Assembly: GCA_963803145.1 (NCBI GenBank)
Contig: CAWDLW010000042.1
Coordinates: 1 to 64,000 of the forward strand
Direction: 5' to 3'
From: Methanotrichaceae archaeon
GTDB taxonomy: Archaea > Halobacteriota > Methanosarcinia > Methanotrichales > Methanotrichaceae
Length of the DNA: 64,000 nucleotides
The position numbers and the translations under genes are program-made. The notes under the pieces were generated by a model. The model had not been told where the DNA came from. It saw nothing but the letters and a program-made list of their open reading frames with translations, and searched no databases. This document shows positions 9,489 through 18,005 of the stretch, in pieces. How positions within the stretch are numbered: position 1 is the stretch's first letter; every line of letters begins with the position of its first letter.

Positions 9489-10075
9489 TTCCAGGGATGA
9501 TAAGCGAAACCTAAAGTTGCCGGAAAACTTGGGTGGCCGAGAAAGACCTCTTTCCCTGTTGAGATAGGACGAATCCAGGTTCTCTCCAGACTTCGAGATT
9601 CCTTTAATCCTCCTGGGGATGGAGGTGGCTGGAGATCCAAACTTTCCAAGGGAGATCTTCTGGTAAGTCTGGAAATGAATGGTGAGGCTCCCTCATTTGA
9701 ACTATAACCAATATGCTAAGAATCTATGTACTAGTATAGTATTATTAATTTATCTGCAATCCTCTAAGATATCGGCGCTTGGATTTGCTGGATCCGGATT
9801 GCTGGATCCGGATAAATTATCTTCCGCTGCATGCCCTCATGTATCTCCTTTGAAGATTATCGGCCTATACCTTACCAATTAAAAAGATCAATAAATATTT
9901 ATCACATTTTTTAATTATATATACTTTTATTAACATAGACCTTTTCTTTCAGGGCTTAGGCCATAAAGTATGTCAAATTGGTAGAGATTTGGAATACATG
10001 CTTCAAGAAATAAAATAAGCTTTCGGCAAGGCTTGATTTTGCCGCCTTGCTTTTAAGTTGATCGGTTAGACCAGT

Positions 10076-10294
10076 TTAGCGTCTTCCGTATCTTCCAGGC
10101 GCACTAGCGGGCCTATGGTTCTGGTAGCAATCGCCGCAATATACCGGCCTGGATCCGTCAGGCTTGAATGGGACCTGACATTGCTTTCCGCACTCTGCAC
10201 AGGTTGCATCGTGCATTTCTCTAATGGTTCTGCCTTGTGGGGTGGCCACTCTTGGGGGTGGTACAAAATTATCTCTTAGTCCGTAAACTCGCAT
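10076..10294 (-). CDS. CxxC-x17-CxxC zinc-ribbon protein
   Basis: REMHDATCAECGKQCQVPFKPDGSRPVYCGDCY. Confidence 0.85.
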   Translation of the reverse strand: MRVYGLRDNFVPPPRVATPQGRTIREMHDATCAECGKQCQVPFKPDGSRPVYCGDCYQNHRPASAPGRYGRR

Positions 10295-10835
10295 TTTAAT
10301 TCACATTCCTTGTTATCGATCAAGAATCGATTAAGCCACAAAAACATCTCAACCAAAAAATCGAATCAACGCAATGCAGCCTTAATATATTATAAGTGTA
10401 CGTCTTCATTTAAGTACCTTTCGGCCCACTTCCGCATACAGTTCAGCCCTTTTCTTGTTATGTTTCCATTAAAGCACACAAATTTATGGAAAGTGTATAA
10501 CAAGGCAGATCCTATGCTCCTGTGGGCAAGCCTTATAGCCTCAGCCGTAAATCACATGCTGCCAAGAACGCCAGCCAAAGGAGGAGGGCAAATTTGGAGT
10601 GATGAGGCTTGAAGACTGGCCAGGCTTGCAGCTCCCCTTTTCGAAATCAAAGACCATTGACATGCTCCATTTGGGGGTCGTGTATCAGCTCAACTGAAAA
10701 TCGAGGTTTGTAGCTTATAATAATGAATTAGGCGAATTTACGCAGCAAATCCGGTTATTTCTATTGACCTTTCGGGGTCAAATTAATATTGCACAAGCTC
10801 TCTAAGACCTTCATCATTGCGTGTGAGGAATCATC

Positions 10836-11117
10836 ATAGCCGATAAAGAAGAAAAGAAAACAAGAAACTTCGTCCTCAGGGATAAAAAGGGCGAAGAGAG
10901 TGGAGTCTTCACAGGATCATCGCCCAGGCAGGCAGCACTGAAAGCAGCAAACAGAGGCTTTACAGATATCAGGCTCCGAGAGCGAGGCACGCAGAAAGTA
11001 CACATATTCCAGGGAGAGCGCGTGCAGATCGACAAGCCCGCAAACGCCCCTGCCTGGATGCCAGATAAGATCTGGAAGCCGAAGGTCAAGAAGGTAGGTA
11101 CCGAGAAGCTGGAGTAG
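10836..11117 (+). CDS. Non-histone chromosomal protein MC1 (not in the ORF track; apparent ATA start)
   Basis: Manual translation ..TRNFVLRDKKGEESGVFTGSSPRQAALKAANRGFTDIRLRERGTQKVHIF..PAWMPDKIWKPKVKK; 93 aa. Confidence 0.92.
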   Translation: MADKEEKKTRNFVLRDKKGEESGVFTGSSPRQAALKAANRGFTDIRLRERGTQKVHIFQGERVQIDKPANAPAWMPDKIWKPKVKKVGTEKLE

Positions 11118-11175
11118 CTCTGATGCCTCCCTGGAGGATCTAGTAACTAAGAGGGCCTCCTTCCGGCAGGGAAGG

Positions 11176-11352
11176 TCAGGCAGAATCTTCTATCACTGCC
11201 AGCACCTTCTTTGCTGCCGATGCCCTCTCAGATCCTGACATATCCTTTGCCATCTCCCCCAGGTCCTCAACTGTAATTAGCCCCATTTTGAACCTGGTAA
11301 CGAGGATGCCTGTCATAACAGCATCGTTCTTCTTCTTTGCTTTCTTAACCAC
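11176..11352 (-). CDS. Small hypothetical protein (58 aa)
   Basis: GTG start after a purine-rich RBS; MVKKAKKKNDAVMTGILVTRFKMGLITVEDL... Confidence 0.6.
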   Translation of the reverse strand: MVKKAKKKNDAVMTGILVTRFKMGLITVEDLGEMAKDMSGSERASAAKKVLAVIEDSA

Positions 11353-11498
11353 TCTTTCCCCCTCTTAATCTTCGCATGCTCAGGATATATCTCTTAGGCC
11401 AAGCCCTCTATCTGTGACTAGTGGTGCAGTAATAGCTTCCGCTCGACTCAGACTTCGACCGCAAACTACAAGTATCTATAATGATTATACAGTTAATT

Positions 11499-12007
11499 TG
11501 CCGCGTCATGCATAGGGTGGCGGGTGTGTCGTGGGCTTAACGTATCCGATAATGCTCTGTTTGGCAGGGATGAACGGTGCTTGTCTCACCAGGGGCAGCA
11601 TACGGTCGATCCTAGGACCTGTCGCTTCCTTGTTCCAGGAGATGCATTCCGTCGTGGCAATGCATTCGGCTACGAGCCTGTGAGACTGAAATCTCGGCGG
11701 GCTGAAAGTTGCATGCTATAACTGGCATAGCAATCTGCCGACAGGCCTTCGCGCTAATACACGACCGGGGCATGACGCGGCACAAGCTGAGGCAGAAGTA
11801 GACTCAGATTCGGCATCTTGAAGGTGTCGAGCTCCCATAAAACGGACGCTGTGTGAAATTCCAGTGCTGTGCTGCCTAAAGCCTTGGCCGAACATCGAGG
11901 CACTGGGCGGGACCTGCCTTCACTACGGTGATAGGCTCCTGTTAAGGACGCTGTGAATCAGTGTTGGTCTGCCCGCGGCTCGATTACCTATTCCACGATT
12001 ATTTTTT
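11499..12007 (+). ncRNA. Large structured ncRNA, OLE-like candidate
   Basis: GC-rich intergenic island with more than ten helices (including a 13-bp perfect helix and a cUACGg tetraloop), an AT-rich upstream promoter and an oligo-T end; lacks RNase P and SRP signatures. Confidence 0.75.
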
Positions 12008-12072
12008 GAATTGTTTGATATATTTGCCTAAACGAAAACTATATATCTCGGCTATTGTCGTATATACTATAT

Positions 12073-12135
12073 GGCAAAGGTCGATAGTCTATTCTTATCT
12101 CTCCTACACCTATAGACTTTTGCCTCCCTCCTTTT
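12073..12135 (+). ncRNA. Small hairpin RNA with anti-SD-like loop, family copy A
   Basis: BRE/TATA CGAAAA-CTATATAT (12033-12046); stem GGCAAAGGTC/GACTTTTGCC; loop contains CTCCTACA. Confidence 0.6.
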
Positions 12136-12324
12136 CATGTGATCTTATGATCCCTCAGGTCCATGTTTTCCCTGGCTCTAAGTCTTATACGGAGTGTGAT
12201 GTTAATCCTAGAATATCTGGCATATAAGACTAAAGGTTCCTTGGGAAAGACCAAATGCTCGATGATTAAAATTACCTGGAATGCTTTTATCTCTTTTAAG
12301 AAAACCGAAATATAATCGGCCTAT

Positions 12325-12606
12325 ATGGACAGACCGATAGGCAGAAAGGCCTCAGCTTCAATCTTAATACGAGGAGAAGGGCCTGGCCAGGGGCGAGAGA
12401 AAGGAAACCCTGGAAAGCGTCAAGGCGATGGAAGCATCAAAATACAGGACATGATCGAGACTCATAAGGAAACTGAAAAGCTTGTCGATCGGCGGGAGAG
12501 GACTGTGGAGGAAACAAACGGCCTTGTAGCCGAGAGCAAGAAGGTAAAAAGTGATACAAAGGAAAGGATAGAAAAAACCAGAGTATTTATAAAAAAACTT
12601 AAATAG
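12325..12606 (+). CDS. Hypothetical charged/coiled-coil protein (possibly degraded)
   Basis: 93-aa ORF with ATG; no recognisable motif. Confidence 0.35.
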   Translation: MDRPIGRKASASILIRGEGPGQGREKGNPGKRQGDGSIKIQDMIETHKETEKLVDRRERTVEETNGLVAESKKVKSDTKERIEKTRVFIKKLK

Positions 12607-12971
12607 CTTCAATATCTGATATATATTCACAGGCCTGATCTACAGGACCTTCTCGTATGGAAATCCATCAATCCCTCCAATGGATTTCTCAGCCCTAAGT
12701 AAATCGGGCCTGCTTCGCGATTTGCCTATTTGGGAAATAACCATGCGTAGCATTAAAATCGGGATTTTCATCCCCTTATCCAGAAGCTAACTAGCTCCTC
12801 CTCCTTATAAATCGAAAAAATTTTAAATAGTTGGAGTTACTAATATTACTATTGCCATATGCTGGGAGAGCCTGGTCCCACCTTCATCTCTCCCATCCTC
12901 CTTTATCCATTTTTAACTATACGGCAACTATGCGATATATTTCTGTGATATAAACCCTAAACAAAGGAAGT

Positions 12972-13217
12972 TCAGCCGTGCGCCCACATAGTTTCGTCAC
13001 CATAGGATATCCTGCGAATGCGGTGATATGGAATGAACGTAGAACCCACTTCCGATTGGATCTCCATCCCACCTTGCTCCAGCTTTAGGATTCTATCTCC
13101 TTGGACTGTGGATCTATCATCCGGTGCACCGCGGTTCACATATTCAACGCTCGCCCTGCTGAAATCGTACTGAGGATCGTGGCGCAGTCGCAGGAGAATC
13201 GTGTGGCTTGTTCTCAT
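12972..13217 (-). CDS. DUF504 (MJ1316-like RNA repair domain) protein
   Basis: Y..RGAP...IPYHRIRRI signature. Confidence 0.85.
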   Translation of the reverse strand: MRTSHTILLRLRHDPQYDFSRASVEYVNRGAPDDRSTVQGDRILKLEQGGMEIQSEVGSTFIPYHRIRRISYGDETMWAHG

Positions 13218-13343
13218 GATAATATATCAACCTCATAATGGTATGAATAGTAGTGGCTGTTAATGGCCGTTTATTCGATCATTCGGATTATCCGTAGCGT
13301 ATCTTACCTTATCCTTGAGATTAAAGTTCGCGCAGTTCGGATA

Positions 13344-13688
13344 TCAGCATTGTCTGCCTTTATTATCATCGGCCCTGATTCCGGCCTCTGCAAGCTCTGC
13401 CTTTATCAGATCATCCAGCAGACTACCCCTAAGCTCCTGGGCGTAGTTCCAAAGCTCAGGCCCGCATTCGGTGCAATCCCTGGAGGTCTCTTCCATGACT
13501 CTCACTAGATCGAGCAGCGATCTGTACATCAGAGGTGCAGCATTCCTGAGCTTTTGCTCGAATGGGCCTAAAGCAGCAGTTCTGGAAATAATCAGCCTGC
13601 AGCCTTCATCGCTCCAGGCCATGCAGCCTTCAGCAATGCATAATCTATCCACGAAGGGGCAGGCTTTACTAGATATGTCTGTCATCAT
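13344..13688 (-). CDS. Cys-rich hypothetical protein
   Basis: CPF..CIAEGCMAW..C and CTEC motifs. Confidence 0.6.
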   Translation of the reverse strand: MMTDISSKACPFVDRLCIAEGCMAWSDEGCRLIISRTAALGPFEQKLRNAAPLMYRSLLDLVRVMEETSRDCTECGPELWNYAQELRGSLLDDLIKAELAEAGIRADDNKGRQC

Positions 13689-13926
13689 TCATACCTTCTG
13701 CGTTGTTTCCAGTATTTTCAATATATTACTACTTATTACTATCATTCTTTTAATGAATGTCGCCCTCGATGTGATCCCCAATGCTGCAACACGCACCCCT
13801 TGCCCAGTTTCAATTCTACGCGAGTCCTAAACGGCACTTGTGATGAGATTATCAAAGTTCGGATTTAGCTAACACAACTGCAAAGAACTCACTCAAAGTT
13901 TGATCGGTTTGGGATATACACTAAAT

Positions 13927-14202
13927 CCCACATCCCGTAGGTGCAACTTCCAAAACCTAGCATTTTTCCTGATAACGGTTTTCTGAAAAATCACATAGAA
14001 GCGATCACTTAATCTTGAGCTAGAATTATATTCTCTAATAATTATAACATCAATTACCCCGAAGACATGTTGACATGCTTGGACTCCATTTTAATTATTT
14101 ATATTTATTTTAACCATAAATGCGTCCATAATTAAATCCTAACTCTCAATTTGTAGAACTGGAAAATTCAGAATTCTTAATGATCTACCTGCGGGATGTG
14201 GG
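13927..14202. mobile_element. MITE with IS1634-like ends (276 bp)
   Basis: TIRs CCCACATCCCGTAGGT / ACCTGCGGGATGTGGG (15/16); 6-bp direct repeat CTAAAT on both sides; AT-rich interior without an ORF. Confidence 0.85.
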
Positions 14203-14333
14203 CTAAATAAACGCTGAGTAGACATAAAGATTTTAAGTTAATCATGGTTAGTATCTTACACCTAATCGCTTGAAAAATCAACCTGCATAAATGCAGTTAT
14301 AATGTTTGTTTTGCAAAGGAGCGTTTATCGTTT

Positions 14334-14834
14334 ATGGCGGGAAGAGCAGAGACACCTTACAAAGTGCTAGAGATGCTTGGCAGCGGCATAGAAATACGTG
14401 AGTATCCTTCTCAGATCTGGGCCAGAACCATTGGAGAACAAAAAGAAGCATTCCAGACTTTATCCGAATACATTTCGGGATATAACAAGACTATGGAGAA
14501 GATAGCCATGACAGCTCCGGTCATCATATTCAACAGCAATGAGGGGAGGGTCATGGCATTTATCATGCCTCAAGGCAAAACCCTGAGAAGCCTGCCAAAG
14601 CCGCTCACCGAAAGGGTGAAGCTGGAAGCCGTAGCGTCCCGAAAAGTTGCTGCAATCGCCTTCTCCGGCATAGTGACTCCGGACAGCTTCGACAGAGGAT
14701 TAAGATTGATTCAGGAAACGCTTAAAAGGCGAGGAACCGGCTGGATCGAACCCGCTTACCTTCTGCAGTACGATGACCAAAATACGCCACCGTTTCTGCG
14801 CAGGAATGAGGTGGCTGTACAGCTGAAATCATGA
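14334..14834 (+). CDS. SOUL heme-binding protein
   Basis: EIREYP, AF..L..YI.G.N, IAMTAPV, PPFLRRNEV. Confidence 0.9.
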   Translation: MAGRAETPYKVLEMLGSGIEIREYPSQIWARTIGEQKEAFQTLSEYISGYNKTMEKIAMTAPVIIFNSNEGRVMAFIMPQGKTLRSLPKPLTERVKLEAVASRKVAAIAFSGIVTPDSFDRGLRLIQETLKRRGTGWIEPAYLLQYDDQNTPPFLRRNEVAVQLKS

Positions 14835-14916
14835 TCCTTTAAATGAGATAATAATTTGTGATTATGGTACGAAAAGTATAAAGTAAAAGGCTGAGAGATG
14901 CATAGTAAATGATGTC

Positions 14917-15771
14917 CTAAGCAGTGGCCTTTTCTTTAGCATCCATCGCTTTATGCCAGTTCTCGCGTTCCCATAGGTCAAGGGCTTCAGTCTCTAAATC
15001 CAGGTAGCTTCTCATCCTTTCAATAAGCTGGGACCAGTCTACCTTGTGCCCGTCGAATTCAGGGCCATCGACACATCCGAACTTGACCTTGCCATCGATT
15101 GAGCACCTGCAGGCTCCACACATTCCAGTCCCGTCCACCATGAGGGGCATGAGGCTGACGCGAGTTTCCTTTCCAAAGGGCTCGGTAATCCTGGAGATCT
15201 CCATCATCATGAATGTGCAGCCGATTGCATATACTCGATCTACGTTCTCCGAGCGCAGTATCTGCTCTAGTGGCGTGCTCGCATTGCAGTCCTCGGCACT
15301 TCCGTCGTTACAGGTAACGATGAGCTTATTGGAAACCTTCTCAAGCCTGTCTAGCCAGAACAGCCAATCGCGATTCCTGGCCTCGATTACATAAACTACT
15401 CTGTTCCCGGCTGCCTTCAATGCCCTTGCCATGGCAAATCCGGGGCCTGTTCCGAAGCAGCCGCTTACTACCGCAACTGTTCCATAATTTTCTATCTTAG
15501 ACGGTTTTCCAAGTGGCCCTGCCAGGTTGAGAATGCAGTCGCCCTTCTCGAGGGCGGAAAGCTTGCGAGTAGAAACGCCTACATCCTGGATCAGAACCGT
15601 TAAAGAGCTGTCATCCCAATCTGCAATGCTCAGCGGAATGCGCTCCCCAACCTCATCCGCTCTTACTATTACAAACTGGCCGGGCTTTACTTTCTTGGCA
15701 ACCTCAGGCGCTTTTATCCTCAGGAGCACAAGGCCCGGAGTGATTATCTCTTTTTGCAATATCTCAAACAT
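14917..15771 (-). CDS. NfnA/SudB-like FAD/NAD-binding [2Fe-2S] subunit
   Basis: PGQFVIVR..GERIPLSIAD, GPLG, DGTGMCGACRC..CVDGPEFDG. Confidence 0.9.
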   Translation of the reverse strand: MFEILQKEIITPGLVLLRIKAPEVAKKVKPGQFVIVRADEVGERIPLSIADWDDSSLTVLIQDVGVSTRKLSALEKGDCILNLAGPLGKPSKIENYGTVAVVSGCFGTGPGFAMARALKAAGNRVVYVIEARNRDWLFWLDRLEKVSNKLIVTCNDGSAEDCNASTPLEQILRSENVDRVYAIGCTFMMMEISRITEPFGKETRVSLMPLMVDGTGMCGACRCSIDGKVKFGCVDGPEFDGHKVDWSQLIERMRSYLDLETEALDLWERENWHKAMDAKEKATA

Positions 15772-18001
15772 CCTTTATCACCTTAGCACCTGATGCCTTG
15801 CCTTCCTTTCCCGGAACCCTCACTACGCCTTCTGGCAATCTAGCCGATATTTTGGCTCTGGCCCTGATAGTAACATCGCCAGCCTGTATGCAGATGAAGT
15901 CTCCTTTCGAGATGCCTAGCCTTCCAGCATCAGCCGGATGCATCTCCGCGTATTTTTTTCCCGCGAGGTAACGCAGATCGGATACCTTTGAAGTCCTTGT
16001 TCCGCTGCCGAACTTGAAGATGCTGGGGCCTTTTATGAGCAGAAAAGATTGGGCAGCTGGCGGCTTTTCTAAAATTAAAGGTTCAGAATTTGGCGCAGCC
16101 AAAGCGGTCGAGACGAGATCGAAGTGAGACTTCATCTCCGTAAGAACCAGATCTGAGCTTGCGAACTCAAATCCACATAAGCCCATTCTCCTTCCGAGCT
16201 CAGTCAGAATCTGATAATCGGGTCTTCCGCCTTTCGGAGGCAATGCCTGTCTAACTGCAAGCATTCTGCCATCTGATGCTGTGTAAGTTCCATCGACCTC
16301 TGCAAATGAGGCTGCAGGCAAAACTACATCCGCCAGCTTTGCGGTCTCTGTCAGGAAAAGATCCTGGACAATCAGGAAGTCCAGTTTAGATAATGGCTCC
16401 TTGAGGTCAGGCACTTCTCTTGCTGGGTTAGAGCCAATGATATAAGCAGCCTTCAGACTGCCATCTCTTAGGGCCCTCATTGTTTCATCATATCCCTGAT
16501 TCAGCCCTAACCTAGCAGCTCCACGCGAATTGCAGTTTCTGCCCAAAACACAAAGCTTTCCCTTTGCAGCCGATGCTAAACTGTTGGCAGCATAGACTAT
16601 ATCTGCGCTGCAATCTGGCCCTACAATGATTGAAGCTCCAGAAAGCGATTTAGCAGCGTTTTCTACCTCTTCAGCTGGAATGCCCGTACTTGTGTTTTCG
16701 ATACTCTTGCCATTCAAGGCATTGGCTAGGGCCATGAGCACAAAAGGCTCGTACCCCGGCATAGGTCTCAGCCAGACCGACGCCTCTTTAGCAAGCATTG
16801 TCTTTAAAGAAGAGATAACCATCGGCTTTGAGGATCTGAGCGCCAGCTCAATTGCTGGGTTCGTCTCTGCGAGATCGCCTACTACTACTATCTGTCCCTT
16901 ACGTACATCCTCAAGGCTGAATTCCGAGGCAGCATCCTGAGCCACCGCCCGGCTCAACATTGCATTTTCGGCGAACTTTCGAGCCAGGTACAGAGCCTCG
17001 TTTGTCAGGACTCCCGATGTGATTAATGCAAAATCCTTGCCTACATATTTGGCCAATTTCCCGGCAACACAGTCGAGAGCCTCATTCCAACTCGTCTCCG
17101 TCAGCCTTCCATTTCTCTTTATTAATGGTCTCTTCAGCCGATCTCGCTCGACGAACTCAAGCCCGAAGCGTCCGCGTACACAGAGCCTGCTGTCTTCCGG
17201 CTTTGCCCGCAGAAGCCTTCCACTCTCGACCTCAAGACCGATTTGACAATTGGCGCTGCAGTATGGGCATGTTGTTGCTACCACTTTCTCCGCAGGACCC
17301 GCCCATCTATTTCCTCGCTCAACTAGAGCACCTGTGGGACAAACATCAACGCATGCCCCGCAGAATCTGCAGCCTGACTCCTCCAAGGGCTTTTCAAACG
17401 CCGTCCCAATCCCTGCATCAAATCCCCTGAAGATGAACGATATCACTCCAAGGCCTCGATCCTCGCAGGCTCGAACGCACCGTCCGCATAAGATACACAG
17501 GTTAGGATCGCGGTCGAAGAATGGGCTGCGGATGATCTCCTTTTCAGGGCTGATATGTGCCAGCTCAATCTTCTTGAGACCAATCATCTCGACGGTTTCC
17601 TGAAGCTCGCACCTCTTGTCTTTGGGGCAATAGCGGCATCCCATCGTCTGAGGGACCTTCTTCATTGCCTCTCGGATCTCATCGCACCTGCCAGCACGCT
17701 CACAAGTGAGACAGATGCAAGGATGCTCCGATAGCAGCATCTCCAGAATGCCGAGTCTGAGATCTTTCAGTGCTGGCGTATCGGTCAAAACTACCATGCC
17801 TTCTGCAGCAGGCAATGTGCAGGATGAAGGATAGCCTCGAACGCCTTCGATCTCAACAAGGCACAGCCTGCATCCGCCGTAGGGCTTCAGCTCAGGGTGA
17901 TCACAAAGTCCGGGGATTTTTATGCCTGCAGCCTTCGCAGCCTCCTTAACAGTTTTTCCTGCAGGCACTTCGACCTCATTGCCATCGATCTTCAGGCGCA
18001 T
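15764..18001 (-). CDS. NuoG/HydA/FdhA-like FeS protein with a degenerate molybdopterin fold
   Basis: [2Fe-2S], His-ligated [4Fe-4S], 2x[4Fe-4S] and CPYCSANC motifs; no Fdh Cys/Sec-His Mo-ligand motif. Confidence 0.85.
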   Translation of the reverse strand: MRLKIDGNEVEVPAGKTVKEAAKAAGIKIPGLCDHPELKPYGGCRLCLVEIEGVRGYPSSCTLPAAEGMVVLTDTPALKDLRLGILEMLLSEHPCICLTCERAGRCDEIREAMKKVPQTMGCRYCPKDKRCELQETVEMIGLKKIELAHISPEKEIIRSPFFDRDPNLCILCGRCVRACEDRGLGVISFIFRGFDAGIGTAFEKPLEESGCRFCGACVDVCPTGALVERGNRWAGPAEKVVATTCPYCSANCQIGLEVESGRLLRAKPEDSRLCVRGRFGLEFVERDRLKRPLIKRNGRLTETSWNEALDCVAGKLAKYVGKDFALITSGVLTNEALYLARKFAENAMLSRAVAQDAASEFSLEDVRKGQIVVVGDLAETNPAIELALRSSKPMVISSLKTMLAKEASVWLRPMPGYEPFVLMALANALNGKSIENTSTGIPAEEVENAAKSLSGASIIVGPDCSADIVYAANSLASAAKGKLCVLGRNCNSRGAARLGLNQGYDETMRALRDGSLKAAYIIGSNPAREVPDLKEPLSKLDFLIVQDLFLTETAKLADVVLPAASFAEVDGTYTASDGRMLAVRQALPPKGGRPDYQILTELGRRMGLCGFEFASSDLVLTEMKSHFDLVSTALAAPNSEPLILEKPPAAQSFLLIKGPSIFKFGSGTRTSKVSDLRYLAGKKYAEMHPADAGRLGISKGDFICIQAGDVTIRARAKISARLPEGVVRVPGKEGKASGAKVIKDV

Positions 18002-18005
18002 TCAA

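Noticed and set aside
9785-9812. 2 x 14-bp tandem duplication TTGCTGGATCCGGA
   Set aside because: Isolated slippage-type duplication with no functional context.
10677-10690. GGTCGTGTAT match to the IS1 end
   Set aside because: Only ~10 bp, with no partner repeat or duplication.
11524-11721. 65-aa ORF overlapping the structured RNA
   Set aside because: GTG start inside paired regions, no RBS and no protein-like features.
11499-12007. RNase P RNA, SRP RNA, or group I/II intron identity for the large RNA (including a DV-like AGC hairpin at 11675-11703)
   Set aside because: No RNase P CR-I/CR-V or SRP helix-8 motifs. The DV-like hairpin is mid-molecule, lacks the AC bulge, and is not followed by a DVI/AY end. 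No interrupted gene.
15764-18001. Formate dehydrogenase alpha or [FeFe]-hydrogenase call
   Set aside because: No Mo-ligand Cys/Sec-His motif, no in-frame TGA and no H-cluster motifs.
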